Shown here: piece by piece, positions 12,409 to 25,960 of the stretch | How positions within the stretch are numbered: position 1 is the stretch's first letter | Layout: each line of letters starts with the position of its first letter | Source: Batkoa obscura | Taxonomy: Eukaryota | Reading direction: 5' to 3' | Length of the DNA stretch: 64,000 nt | NCBI GenBank assembly: GCA_030770535.1 | Contig: JASVEC010000012.1 | Span: 310,001-374,000 of the forward strand | The notes under the pieces: model-generated | Told to the model about the DNA's origin: nothing | What the model saw: the letters and a program-made list of their open reading frames with translations, nothing else | Databases searched by the model: none | Made by a program: the position numbers and the translations under genes

Positions 12409-13751
12409 ATGAGTATTGACGAGTATAGAGATTATTTTGGTAAAGTGACCTATTTACAAATGGTCAAAGTGTCACTAGTATTAGCTATTATAGTTGTACT
12501 CACTATGATTGTATTAAGTAAAAATTATAAACTCTAAATTAATTGATCAAGCATACTAATATTAACAATAGCAATATATGATTACAAATTAGTTAACAGA
12601 GTAACTTTGAGATTGCAAACTGTTATTTCATGCTTTGATATCTTGTTACGTTCATTGCCATTATGGAGTCATCTATATAACTATAATGGATTCTCATTAT
12701 GTACATTAATTGGCTACCATCTATTGGCTTGTCCTTTGCTTTTCTTAATGTAGTTATTGGGGTCAGCTTACAATTGGTATTCGTGCACGGTATTACTATA
12801 ACAAAAAGAATTGAAGCGGCATACTGGATACTATCTATTTTACTTACACTAATAATCACCATTCCACCACTTGGTACGATATTACTTTAGTACGCTTGTA
12901 GGTTGATGTTGATTTATTTTATATAGCAAAAGAAATGTTTGGGTGTACTGAATTCAATAAGTGTTGTCTTGCAATCGATGATATAAACAATTCTAAAACA
13001 TTCGATTTCTTTGCTAGTATCATAGTTACAATGGTTTCTATGCTTTATTTATTAATAATTGTAATCTCAGTTATAGCCGAGTTATATCGTGGAATGAACT
13101 TAATAAAACAACAAAGAATAGCAGTAGATGCTAGCCAAGCTCCAGAAACTATAAAAAACATTAAATTATTAGCTTCAAGAATCTAATTTTTTTGTTATAT
13201 CTATATAATAAACTGATTTTTTTTTTGTTTACTATATCCCATAGTAATGGTAATTTATTAATCCGGATTAGTAATAAATCAAGCAGCTTTCGATCTTGGT
13301 AACATTACATCTCCAGGATTAAACATTTTAACATATGTGGATGTATTTTTATGTTTAAGAATTTTAATAAGAATTTTTCCGCTCAAATAGCGCTTAAAAG
13401 ATGGAAAAAGTGGTGAAGTAAAAAAAAACACCCCCATATGCTACTAGTCGTATATTAGGAACCCTCAATTTCGTTGTCTTTTTCCTTAATCCAAGTATAT
13501 ATTCTGCGTTTAGGAAAATATACCTGAGAATTACTACAAGAAATAAGTTTCAAGATAGAGTAGATGATGAAGGTATGTCAATATACCATTGATATAGCAT
13601 TGATAGATTAACCGTCCTTTTACGAAACAGTGAGGCAATGTTTTCTATTAAAGTTAACTCAAACAAGCTTGATCAGTCTAATTCTTCTTGTGCCTTTAAA
13701 AATGAAAATGTAGATGCTATAATGTTTAGCAAGATTATTCAAACGTTTTAA
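12409..13751 (+). pseudogene. 7TM GPCR-like pseudogene, copy 1 of the tandem array
   Basis: Collinear with the 15019 and 17738 genes. Lesions: frameshifting deletion near 12738, intron-3 GT/AG lost, CAA>TAA at ~13259, MITE inserted at 13337. Confidence 0.88.
13337..13435 (+). mobile_element. MITE family A copy inserted in a GPCR exon
   Basis: ATAT TSD on both sides; removing the element and one TSD gives ACA TAT GCT ACT AGT, matching the paralogue ACA ATG ATT ACT AGT in length. Confidence 0.95.
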
Positions 13752-14157
13752 TTTCAACTTTAATTAACAATCATAATAAATATGCTTTAATTAAAAATAA
13801 AATAATTTTATGTGTTATTTGATATTTTTTAATACAAACTCTCAAGCAATATTTACTGTTAACTTTTTTATAATTTATTATTGCTAAGAAGCTAAATGCT
13901 TTGGTTTCATAAAAGCTTTGCTTCACAAAGTTAATAGAAAGTACTCAGAGTAGTTTAATAATTTTTGTTTATATGTCAGAAACTTATGAAATGCTAAAGC
14001 ATAATAACAATAGTATGTAAATGTTGTGTATTAAACTTTCATAAAGTTTTGACATAAATAAAAAGCTATTAAATTATTTTTAAAATACCTTACTTTATTA
14101 TACTAGCTTTTATTTTTAAAAACCATAAAAAAAGACTTTATTTAATATAAAAGATAT

Positions 14158-14255
14158 GGGGGTGTTTTTTTTGGTTCATCACTTTTTCCATCTTTTAAGC
14201 GCTATTTGAGCAGAAAGATTATTAGTAAAATTCTTAAACAAAAAAATACGTCCCC
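14158..14255 (-). mobile_element. MITE family A copy
   Basis: ATAT TSD; empty paralogous site near 16745. Confidence 0.95.
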
Positions 14256-15018
14256 ATATAATAAATATCAATAAAAGACAAATTAAACACACAATTTAAA
14301 ATATTAAACAATAAGTAATTATATAGCAAAAAAACTATCAGAAATATTTTAAAAGCAAAAAAATTATGATTTTCAAAACCTATATTTCGTTAATAATTTT
14401 AAGATATATATATAAAAATGCTTTCTAGGGCTGTTTTTAAAATTCTTTTAAAATTTTGATAAATACTCTAACTGGTTTTAATCAATCTTATAAAAATGTC
14501 TTTGAGTTGAGCGTTCTAAGGAATATCATTAAAACTGACTTTGAAAAATAAGGCCAAAAGGTGTTCACTATTCCAAACTTATTAAATTTCATAATATCAT
14601 AATCTTAGCTTTGAAATACATAAATTCAGCATTTATATAATATAGTGTTTATTCTTTTTACTTCTTATGATTAAAGTTTTAATGGAAACGTTTCCTGAGA
14701 ACTACCAATAGACCTGGACTAATATTTAAATCTAGGCTAATCTAAAAATTTGAGATGAAAAAAAGATAATTTTGGGTCTAAACTAACCCATATATAGTAA
14801 CTCGTTATATTTATTGTTGCTATCGTGATGACAATTCACGCCAAGATCATTTGTACCACCCAAAAATTAATTAAAGTTAGTATAAACATTAGTATTTGCT
14901 ATAACAGGGATTCGTAATAAAATTTAAAATAAAAGTATAAAATATACTAATATGACTCAGAATAAAATTTAAAAGAGATTAATAGATCACTAAATTGAAA
15001 TCAATTTTATAAATCAAT

Positions 15019-16264
15019 ATGGTATCTGACGAATATGTCAAATATATTGCTGAAGAGGTTGCCCCAATAATCAGCAAAGTTTCATTAACGTTAGCTACTT
15101 TAGTTGTACTCACTATGATTGTATTAAGTAAAAATTATAAACTCTAAATTAATTGATCAAGCATACTAATATTAACAATAGCAATATATGATTACAAATT
15201 AGTTAACAGAGTAACTTTGAGATTGCAAACTGTTATTTCATGCTTTGATATTTGGCTACATTCTTTTCCATTATGGAGTCATCAATATAGCTATGATGGA
15301 TCTCCATTATGTACATTTATTGGTTATCAGCTATTAGCCTTCCCTTTATTTTATGCTTTCCTTAACGTTGCTATTGGAGTCAACTTGCAACTGGTTTTTG
15401 TACATGGTATTGCTATAACAAAAAGGATTGAAGCAGGATATTGGATTGGATCTATCTTACTTACATTAATAATCAGTATTCCACCACTTGGTATTATGTT
15501 TTCCAAGTTACCTATATACCTATATTAATCTATTTTTTAAGTAAAAGGAATGTTTGGCTATAGCAAATTTAACGGTTGCTATCTTTCAATGGATGATGAA
15601 GATAGTGCAAAAACATTTGATTTTTACGCTAGTATCTTGATTACTATGATCTGCATGCTTTATTTGTTAGTTATTGTAATTCTAGTCATAGTAATATTGA
15701 GTAAACAGACCAAAAAGATACAGAATTTTAGACTGTTCCGTGGAGCAAAGGCTTCCGTAGAAGCGGCCAAAAGTGTAAAGATCATGGGTTTTAGAATGTA
15801 CATATGTTGATTTGCAATTTATTGTGACTAACTCTTTTTTAGCTTACTATACCCTATAATAATGATAGTTTCTCAATCAGGACTAGTAATAAATCAAACA
15901 GCGTATGATCTTTTCGACTTTGCGGCACCCGAATTGTTCATTTTTACAATGATTACTAGTGGGATGCTAGGAACTCTTAATTTCACTGCTTTTTGTTGTG
16001 ATCCTACCATTCATTCTGCGTTTAGGAAGATATACTTAAGAATTACAACCAAAAGTAGACTCCAGGATGTTGTAAATGATGAAGGTATGGTAGCATATAA
16101 CTAACATAATATTAATAAAACTAAAAGTCCTTTTAGTGGGTAGCGAGGTAATGCTTTCTACTAGAGATAATTTAGATGATATTGATCAATCAAACTCTTC
16201 ATTTACCTTCAGCACTGAGAAGGTAGATGGCAAAATGCTTACCGAAATTATTCAAAATTTATAG
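15019..16264 (+). CDS. 7TM GPCR-like protein (cAMP-receptor/Git3-like class), copy 2, 5 exons
   Basis: Spliced: MVSDEYVKY...RVTLRLQTVISCFD...LCTFIGY...FNGCY...RILLYPIIMIVSQSG...GTLNFTAFCCDPTI...EIIQNL*; four GT-AG introns keep the frame. Confidence 0.85.
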
Positions 16265-16395
16265 TGTTAACCTTAATTACTAAGAATAACATATAAACTT
16301 TCATAAAATTATAAGTAAAGTTAGTTGAAAATTAAGCATTTTTATCTATTATTTATATAGCTAGTTTTTTTAACACAAACTTTCAAGCAAAATTT

Positions 16396-16494
16396 GAGGA
16401 TGTGTTTTTGTATTTAAGGATTTTACTAACAATCTTTCTGCTCAAATAATGCTTAAAAAATGGAAAAAGTGATGAAACCAAAAAAAACTCCTCC
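16396..16494 (+). mobile_element. MITE family A copy
   Basis: ATTT TSD; the empty paralogous site at 13843-13859 (CAAGCAAT-ATTT-ACTGT) has a single ATTT. Confidence 0.95.
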
Positions 16495-17737
16495 ATTTAC
16501 TGCTTAAATTTATGATTTCGCTTTTACTGAAAAGTAATCAAAATAGCTAAGTAACTTTTTCTCTATATAATAGAAAACTATGAAATATTAAAACATGATA
16601 ATAATAGTATTTAAGCATTATGTTTTGAAATTTCACAAAGTTCTGACATATAAATAAAAAGCTGCTAAGTTATTCCCATAATGCTCTATTTCAATGTACA
16701 GCATCTATTTCAAAAAATTATAAAAATTAAATTTATTTAACACAAAAAGTGTAATAAATACAAAAAAAGTATAACATCAAATGTATAATTTGAAATATTA
16801 AATAAAAAGCAGCTACATAAAATTTTTTTTTATTGAAAGCATTTTAAAAGGAGAAAATTATAGAATTTCAAAGTTAAGAGTTAAAAAATTCTATATTTCA
16901 TTAATAAGCCTCAAATTTATTGTATAAAAAATGTTAGAAAATATTAGAAGGAAAGTGTTTTAAAAGGCTGTTATTATATAACTATTCGTATTTTCTAAGG
17001 GTTAGGAGGCTTGCTACTAAAATAGTTTTTGAAGCTTCTTAGGCATAGCTAATTAAAGAGAAATTGATTCTTAAAAATCAATAAGAAAAAGCATACCAAA
17101 AGTTTTTATAATGAAAAGAAAGAGAGTATAATTTATATTTATTTTATTTTCTATATCTTTTTAAGAATTTTTTTAAATGTTTGATAAATAAGCTCTTATT
17201 ACTTTCAATCAATTCCATATGAACACCTTTCAATCAAACGCATCAAGAAATACTGATAAAATTAGCTATGAAAAACAAACTAAAAAGCTATTCATTGCTC
17301 TAAATTAATCAAATGTTCGTAATATTTTATTCTTAAATTTGAATAGCATAAATTCTGTATCTATGCATTATGGTATTTTTATTTGTGAATAAATTTATAA
17401 CATTTATTTTCTGAGGGTTACCAATAGACTTGAGTAAATATCGAAATCTAAGTTGAATAAAAAAATTGAGCTGGAAAATATTAGAACCTTGCGTTTGAAG
17501 TAGCCCATATATAGTAATTTCATATCACTTATTGATATCATAGGGATGACTGTTCATGCTTAGCTTATTTCTACCATCCAAAAATCAATAAGGGGTGCTA
17601 TAGTAGCTAATATTTGTCAAAACAAGAATATCTATCCAAATTAAAATGAGAGTATAAAATATCATAATATAACTCAATAAAATTTAAAAGTGAAGTTTGA
17701 ATAAATCACTAAATTGAAACTAATTTTATAAATCAAT

Positions 17738-18985
17738 ATGGTATCTGACGAATATGTCAAATATATTGCTGAAGAGGTTGCCCCAATAATCAGCAAAGTT
17801 TCATTAACGTTAGCTACTTTAGTTGTACTCACTATGATTGTATTAAGTAAAAATTATAAACTCTAAATTAATTGATCAAGCATACTAATATTAACAATAG
17901 CAATATATGATTACAAATTAGTTAACAGAGTAACTTTGAGATTGCAAACTGTTATTTCATGCTTTGATATTTGGCTACATTCTTTTCCATTATGGAGTCA
18001 TCAATATAGCTATGATGGATCTCCATTATGTACATTTATTGGTTATCAGCTATTAGCCTTCCCTTTATTTTATGCTTTCCTTAACGTTGCTATTGGAGTC
18101 AACTTGCAACTGGTTTTTGTACATGGTATTGCTATAACAAAAAGGATTGAAGCAGGATATTGGATTGGATCTATCTTACTTACATTAATAATCAGTATTC
18201 CACCACTTGGTATTGTATTATTCTAGAATATATATAGATTGATATTAACGGTTTTTATCTAGCAATGGGGATGTTTGGTTATACTGAGTTTAATGGTTGC
18301 TATCTTTCAGTTGAGGATCAAAACATTGCAAAAACATTTGATTTTTACGCTAGTATCTTGATTACTATGATCTGCATGCTTTATTTGTTAGTTATTGTAA
18401 TTCTAGTCATAGTAATATTGAGTAAACAGACCAAAAAGATACAGAATTTTAGACTGTTCCGTGGAGCAAAGGCTTCCGTAGAAGCGGCCAAAAGTGTAAA
18501 GATCATGGGTTTTAGAATGTACATATGTTGATTTGCAATTTATTGTGACTAACTCTTTTTTAGCTTACTATACCCTATAATAATGATAGTTTCTCAATCA
18601 GGACTAGTAATAAATCAAACAGCGTATGATCTTTTCGATTTTACGGCACCCGAATTGTTCATTTTTACAATGATTACTAGTGGGATACTAGGAACCCTTA
18701 ATTTCACTGCTTTTTGTTGTGATCCTACCATTCATTCTGCGTTTAGGAAGATATACTTAAGAATTACAACCAAAAGTAGACTCCAGGATGTTGTAAATGA
18801 TGAAGGTATGGTAGCATATAACTAACATAATATTAATAAAACTAAAAGTCCTTTTAGTGGGTAGCGAGGTAATGCTTTCTACTAGAGATAATTTAGATGA
18901 TATTGATCAATCAAACTCTTCATTTACCTTCAGCACTGAGAAGGTAGATGGCAAAATGCTTACCGAAATTATTCAAAATTTATAG
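17738..18985 (+). CDS. 7TM GPCR-like protein, copy 3, 5 exons
   Basis: Near-identical to 15019..16264 except intron 2, the start of exon 3 and 4 SNPs. Confidence 0.85.
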
Positions 18986-19185
18986 TGTTAACCTTAATTA
19001 CTAAGAATAACATATAAGCTTTTCATGAAATTACAAAGTAGTTTTTGTTATAAATTAGTTAATTTTAAGTACTAATATTTTTGTAAAAAATTATCAATGT
19101 AAATAGTTTTTTTAATAAAACTTCAAAGGAAAACTCTGTTTGATTTTTTTTATAATTTACCTTTTATTGAGAAGCTAAAGGTCCA

Positions 19186-19595
19186 ATGGTTGTGTTATGG
19201 GAGTAATGATGTTATTTTATCCCTTAATAAAAATCCCCCTTTTTAAGTAACAAAAATAGATCGTTCAAAAAAAACGCCAACTAGATTAAAGTTGAAATAT
19301 TTTAAATATTTATCACTAACCCTAATTTGACTTTAATATAAATTTAATAGATATATAAATATAAAAGATAACCTAACATTTAAACTCAAATTTAAAATTT
19401 TACCAACAATTGAGGATATATTTTTTTGTTTAAGAATTTTACTAACAATCTTTCCGCTCAAATAGCACTTAAAAAATGGAAAAAATAATGAAACCAAAAA
19501 AACATCCCCAATTTTTATTTTATGTTATAGAAATTATTCTTTACCAAAAAGATCTGATTTACAAAATAGCAACATTACTCCTATAGCACAGCCGG
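19186..19595. mobile_element. MITE family B (~33-bp TIRs) containing a nested family A copy
   Basis: Left TGGTTGTGTTATGGGAGTAATGATGTTATTTT matches the reverse complement of right AAAATAGCAACATTACTCCTATAGCACAGCCG; absent at the paralogous site ~13888-13920. Confidence 0.8.
19412..19509 (+). mobile_element. MITE family A copy nested in MITE B
   Basis: AATT TSD on both sides. Confidence 0.95.
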
Positions 19596-20347
19596 TTTAG
19601 CTTGTATAAAGGCTTTAATTTAAAAATAACAATCACACTTTTGTTTGAATAATTAAAATGTTTTTTATATAATTTTCCGCCTGGTTTTCGTTTCTACATT
19701 TTTTAAACATTAAAACAACTGTGCCTCTCATTATAATACTAAATGGTTAATAAATATATACATATAAATTTAGCATAGCACTATAGTTTAATCTCTTCTA
19801 ATCAATTCATAACTTGGAATTGTTTTTTTAAAAAGATTCAGTATTTCTAAAGGTTATGGTATTTAAATTAAAATCTATATAACAATTGATGTAATTATTT
19901 GGACAGCTCATAAAACTTTAGTACCTTATCGGATTTTAACATCTTATAATATTTCATTCAAAGATAAATTATTAATATTGCAATTAGATTAAATTAGCCA
20001 TTATTATTCTTTAAATTTTTTTAAAACCTATGTTTTATTAACCCTACAAAGATAAAAAATTAATATATGGAAAGGCTTTATGTTGAATAGTAAGCCCATA
20101 GCCAATAGGAGTTTATAGATAGCAATATATTTTACTTATCTAACATATTCTATTTATGATTGAATCGGTAGCTGTTGTTTTTAACTCATGGTTTAGGCTT
20201 TTATTTCAAAATATAAAATTTTATAAATACTATATATTGTTACTTAATAATATTCTTACAAAAATGATACAAAAAATTAATTATAGTAATGATATTATTT
20301 AGTTAAATATAACTCATGGATAAGCAAATTAAATTTTGCTATTTTAA

Positions 20348-21973
20348 TTATTGATTTTTCTTTTTTAAAGAAGTGAGGTCTTCCTTATAAAATAACCAAA
20401 TGATTGAGAAAAGGACAAAAGATATACCCATAGAAGCAGTAGAAAGATAATAAGGGAAGGCAGGAGTAAGGAAACGGGGATACTCATTATGACGGAAAGG
20501 ATGAATAGGAACTACATTTTTTTCAAGAATATAAGAAAAACCTTCTCTTTGATAATCCACTTTAAATGTAAATACACCATAAACATCCGGTAATTTAACT
20601 TGTGTGCTATAAATTGAATATGAGTTACCGTCTTTATCCGTTTCTACTTTCTCAAAAGTTAAATAAGTACGTATATATGGGTCCAACATTATGATCTCCA
20701 ATTGTATATCTTCCTTTTGGAACGGTAGCCAAGTATTGTTGTTATACTCTGCTAATTTTATGCTATATTTCTATTTATAAAAATAATAAATTTATACTTT
20801 ATATTATAAATATTACTTACAATTTCATCATTAATACGATAATTACTTGGAGCTTCAATTTCATTAATTCTATGATGATTAATACCCATACACTTTATAA
20901 CACCAAACTCCTGGAAATTCCATTTAGTGGTTTGTTTAATAAAATCAAGATTATCCGAATCAATTGCACTAAATTGAATAATTAGTAACTAAATTATTAT
21001 AAATAGTATTATCATTACGCTGATTTTTCACCATTATTGAGTTTCTTAACTATTTTACTATTGATAAACCTAATTGAAATTTAATTTGATATTAATTTAA
21101 GTGTAATTATTACTTACTTATCTGAAAACATTTCAGTAGAACCAAAGATGGTAACTCTAGCATTATTACTAGTTTGAAGGGCAGAGATTAAGCTAATTTC
21201 ATGACCAAATAGAGAAGCAGTGTCCGAACTACTTGGCTTTAATGAAAAAGAAGACACAGTAGATTTTAAAATGGATCGGACTTTATTATTGTTACTATTG
21301 TTAATGCTATGACCAACTCCTTTAAATAAAATTGGTGCTTGAATTTTATATTCTTCTGAAAAATAATTAGAATAATTTATTTCTTCACTTAATATATATT
21401 CATGATCCTCATCATCATTATTGACAACATTATAGTTAAATGGGTCTAATACTTTACTACCTTTGATATCAAACTGAACTCCAAATTGATACGCTACATT
21501 TTGATATAGTTTAGATAAATCATTATTGGCTGCTAATAATAAATTTCCTCCTTGATCTACAAATTCAATGATTTCTTTTTCACTTAGTCCACCTCCATAA
21601 GCTATAGTTTTTTTTTATAAACACATAAAATATTAAAAGCAAATAAATCGATTTACCAGTGACTTTTGGGGAGAATAAAATTAAATGTTCATAATTTTTA
21701 GTTTCGAAATTCATTAATTTTACATCCTTTTCTTGTGCTTTAACAAAGGTTATATCATAATTACGTTCTATTGTTTAGAAGTATATAAATAAATTAATAT
21801 CTTAAATAATCATCAATATTAATTTTACCTTCCAAACTACTAATAAATTGAGAATAGTCTTCCATAACAAAGTCATTATCGCTTATAAATAAAACTTTAT
21901 TCCCATTGTAAGATAATGAGTTTACTATCCCACTAATTATTATAGAAATAGCTGAAAAATTCAACAGTTTCAT
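20348..21973 (-). CDS. WBP1: Oligosaccharyltransferase 48-kDa subunit (Wbp1/DDOST), multi-exon
   Basis: Signal peptide MKLLNFSAISII...; FVDQGGNLLLAA; QTSNNARVTIFGSTEMFSD; MLDPYIR; LPDVYGVFTFKVDY; PFRHNEYPRFL; C-terminal TM and lysine-rich tail. Confidence 0.95.
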
Positions 21974-22670
21974 TTTTTCAATTACTAATAATATTTAAAA
22001 AAAGATAAATTTTTATATTAAATATTTTAAAATTATTAATACTATTCGTAGTTTTTATTGATTGGCTAATTTAATTTAAATTCGCTTCAACCCTTTGTTT
22101 ACCGTATAGATTTATTTACCATTTGAATTTCAAGTCAAAGTATGATTTGGAAGAAAATAATCGTCAGGTTTAGTACAATTATCTAACTTTCTTTTGTCTA
22201 ATTGGTTATTTTTCTAAATAAATTTCACTCCAGGCATTTTTTTAAAAAGAAATTTGGTATTTAAAGGGTTGAACAGCTTTGTTTGAGTTGCTATTTCAGA
22301 AAGATTACTCTAAATTAGTTACTTTGAGACTAAAATATTAAATTGTATTTAACTAATTTAATTGCTTATAAGATCTATCCAATAATAGTTTTATATGGTA
22401 AGAATGCGGTAGAATAAAGCTACTAGTCTTTGAATATATTAATGGTATTGTTGATATGGAAAGACAATCGATATGGTATTTAATTGATATTATTATCATG
22501 GGATGGAGCTGAGCTCAAATTTTCGGCTTTATGCTATACATTTGTAATTTTAGTATTCCTTAAACTCTCAAAACTATTGTTAAATAGTATGGTATATTAA
22601 AAGGGGAAGCTTTAGAGCATATAAAACAAGGGTTATTCGATTATCTCCTATTTCTACATCATTTTTTAAA

Positions 22671-22701
<31 letters not shown>

Positions 22702-23337
22702 TGAAAAAACGCATTTATTTGGAAACAATGTTAGCAAATTTTAAGTAAAAATTTTCGTTCTTTCTTGTTTTTATATTGGTAGTTATTGATAATAAGAAGC
22801 AAATTGATGTGTAATATAATTTTGAACTAAGAAACTATGTTATAACTATAGTATATAGAAAAAGGTAGCGGCTTTTAAACAACAAGTTGGCTATAGTGGA
22901 ATGAGATGCAAGAAAATCGATTGGCATATACTTCCATCCAAAAAGGAAACAATAAGAAACTTAATATAGTAAGATATGGCTGAGTTTATTTTTTTAAAAT
23001 AAAAATAAAAAGTAGGATGGATTGGATGATGTATTAGGATCATTTTGATAATGTATAATAATGCTAGCAATGTTATTATGTTAGTGCGACGTGATACTCT
23101 TAAAGTCAAAGGATAACAAATGGATAGAACCATAGTGCTATTATATATATAAATACTATATTTTATTTGGTTCTTTTGGGATCACTTTTATATGTATCAT
23201 ATATTAATACTTTTACCTTATCTATTTATCCCTTCAAAATGGGAATGAAAATTAAAGAGGTGTTAATTATTAACAAAAACATATATAAGTAAAAAACAAA
23301 TGAATCAAAAAAGCATAAAAAATTAATAAATACAATA

Positions 23338-24462
23338 ATGCTTCCTTTTCAAATTGCAAGAGTAGTAACAAAATATAATAATATTATTTCGATTATTGGG
23401 GCAGTTGCTTTGCTTCTTTTTATATTAGTAACACGCTTACTAAAATTCAAAGCTGCGGAGAGATTAAGTTATAAGATATATATTTGGATAGCTATTTCAG
23501 ACATCATATACAGTACTTTAGTTTTAGCACAAACGCAAAAACTTATTGATAGAGATGCTCCAGAGGATATAAGAGAAGTACTTGAAGAAAACATGGACTT
23601 TTGTATTCTTGCAACTCATACTCAGCATATTGTTAATGTATGGTTTGTCTTCTTAACCACATGTTTGGCTTATAATTTACAGACTGTGTTTTTAAAAAAG
23701 AAAGTATTAAGAATTGCAAATCATTGGATTTACGCTTTAAGTACACTTGCTGTTTGCCTTGTATTTTACGTGCCTTCGATTATATATTCATACTTAACTA
23801 ACAACTGCTATGGCTTAAAAGCTTATAAAATAGCACCATGGGGATTTATTTACTTTCACTTGGTATTTGTTATCCCAGTTACTCTTTGTTGCTGCTATTG
23901 TGCCTATATTTTTATAAAAACATATTTAGCTTTAAGAGCCAAAAAGGTAGTTTACAATAACAGTAATGTGCAAAGTAATAGTGTCAACCTAAATAATCAT
24001 ATGAATTTATTAGCTAGAAGACTAATGAGCTATGCAATTATCCCATTAATAACTCAATTCCCATTCGTTATTATTTCTGAATTATATATCGATGAGAATT
24101 ACGTAGGAACCGTAGCCTCAGATTGTTTTGCTGATGTACTAAGTTCTTCAGCTGGTTGGTTAAACTTTATTTGTTTTATGTTTGATCCTGCTATTCCACA
24201 TATCCTATATGAATATGAATTAAGAAAGTCAAATGGTAGCATATTTCAAATTACTAGTAATAGCAGTGATAATAAGCCAGCTTTAAATGGAGCTGGGTGG
24301 CTATCTAGTTTAAAACTAGGCTCTGACTCTAAGCGCTTTTCTACCACTCCTTTAACTTCTATTACCACCACTTCTTCTTTTACAGTTATTGATAGTAACG
24401 ACACACATTTTGCTTTATCCGAAGTTGAGGAAACCACCGCTATTAGAATTAAACAAATGTAA
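23338..24462 (+). CDS. Intronless 7TM GPCR-like protein, 374 aa
   Basis: Seven hydrophobic segments; ERLSYKI, FC before TM3, RLMSYAIIPLITQ, GWLNFICFMFDPAI; related to the 15-19 kb receptors. Confidence 0.85.
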   Translation: MLPFQIARVVTKYNNIISIIGAVALLLFILVTRLLKFKAAERLSYKIYIWIAISDIIYSTLVLAQTQKLIDRDAPEDIREVLEENMDFCILATHTQHIVNVWFVFLTTCLAYNLQTVFLKKKVLRIANHWIYALSTLAVCLVFYVPSIIYSYLTNNCYGLKAYKIAPWGFIYFHLVFVIPVTLCCCYCAYIFIKTYLALRAKKVVYNNSNVQSNSVNLNNHMNLLARRLMSYAIIPLITQFPFVIISELYIDENYVGTVASDCFADVLSSSAGWLNFICFMFDPAIPHILYEYELRKSNGSIFQITSNSSDNKPALNGAGWLSSLKLGSDSKRFSTTPLTSITTTSSFTVIDSNDTHFALSEVEETTAIRIKQM

Positions 24463-24627
24463 TAGCAATAATAAATATTATTTTCATATAATTTACTATA
24501 TTTAGAATTTTTGATTTTGATTTTTTCTTCTTATAATGAAAGCAAAAAAGCTGCAAAAGGATAAATAATCCACTTGAATTTTTTGTATCTTGATTTCTTT
24601 AATTCGCAAAAATAATAGTAAGATTCA

Positions 24628-25482
24628 ATGGAAAATAAAAATCAACCAAGGAGTTTTATATCGGAGAATACACTAGAAGAGATCAAAAAAAGAAGAGAAG
24701 AAAGTGGTATTTCAAGTAACCAATTTTATTTATTTGTTCAATATTTTTAGCTATTTTTTAAAAACATAGTTTGTTTAACTTAATTTTATTAATCAAATTA
24801 CGTTTAGATACTAAAGAATCGAATTATGACCCACGTACTTTATTTGAAAGATTAAAAGAGCAGAGAGCTAAAAAAGAAGAAGCTATTGAAGAAGCTAATA
24901 AACTTGGTAAGCTAAATAAAAGAATAGAATAGAACAAAATAAAATTAATTTTTCCATAGGAAATAGGATCCATCGATTGGATGAAGATGAGTCCGAATAT
25001 TTAATTGAGTTAATAGAAAAAGAAAAGAGGATCAAGTTAGAACTAGAAACAAAAGAAAAAGAAGAAGTTTTAAAGTTCAAAGAGTAAGTAAGATTGATTC
25101 TATCGGGTTTTTGAGTTAAGTTCTTTATTTTAGATTGGTAGCTACTAATAATGTCACTAAAGTACCAAAACTTGATATAAAAAAAGAAGTGCCAGCTACT
25201 TTTGTCATTAAAAAAAATCCAACAGATAAGCAAAATACCAGTATGAATAATAGTAAAAAGAAAACTAATTCATTATTTTCAAAGTTAATTAAAACTAAAA
25301 TTGAACCTAAAGATAATAATAATACTGATAATATAAAGACAAAAGTGGATGTAAATAAGGATAAGGAGAACGATGCGACTAAAGAGAATAAAATGGAATC
25401 TACAATGGATGATACTAATAAGAAAACCCACTCCCCTTTTATAGAATTATGCAATTACTCGAGCGATTCTGAAGAGGAATAA
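24628..25482 (+). CDS. FAM192A: FAM192A/PSME3IP1 (NIP30/Fyv6-like) protein, 4 exons
   Basis: SFISENTLEEIKKRREE...YDPRTLFERLKEQRAKKEE...IHRLDEDESEYL; acidic C-terminus NYSSDSEEE. Confidence 0.85.
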
Positions 25483-25960
25483 AAGTTTGATTAAGTTGCA
25501 TGCTTGATAGTTTATTTCGATGATTTTTACTTTTAGATTAGCTTCTACTAGTTTTACATTTATATAATAAAAGAAGGACCAGCTATTATGGTGATTGTTA
25601 TTTATTTTTAAATTCAACACAAATCTTGTGTTTTTATTTCGAGTAATAGAAAAATAAGTGGATGTCAACGATCAAGGTGCTGTGAAAGGAAACAGGGAAA
25701 TGTCCTTTACAGAAGAAAGGATGAGGGGTCATTATTTAAGATAAATTCTAAATTCTAGTTAAAGTCCTAGTCTAATTTAATTTAGTGGAATTTTTTATAA
25801 TTAAAAATTTCGAATAGCTTCAAGCATTTAATGATATTAAAAAAAGTCAAATTCCAAAACAAAGTTGATAGTAGTAGAGCAGATTTACTAAGTAAAACTA
25901 ATTTAATATAACATTATTTTTAGTTTGATTACAGGGATTAAAAAATGGGAAAGATGAGTT

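Noticed and set aside
16085..16104. ORF-track stop of the GPCR at 16104 (and 18825)
   Set aside because: It lies inside a short GT-AG intron; a further conserved exon follows
22675..22702. 28-nt poly-T as a retroposon tail
   Set aside because: The paralogous site near 30311 has a shorter T-run in the same context, so this is homopolymer expansion
24246..25668. Short antisense ORFs (also 12623, 31652, 36804, 39927, 43682, 53041, 57708, 58470)
   Set aside because: Shadows of real genes on the opposite strand, with no recognisable motifs
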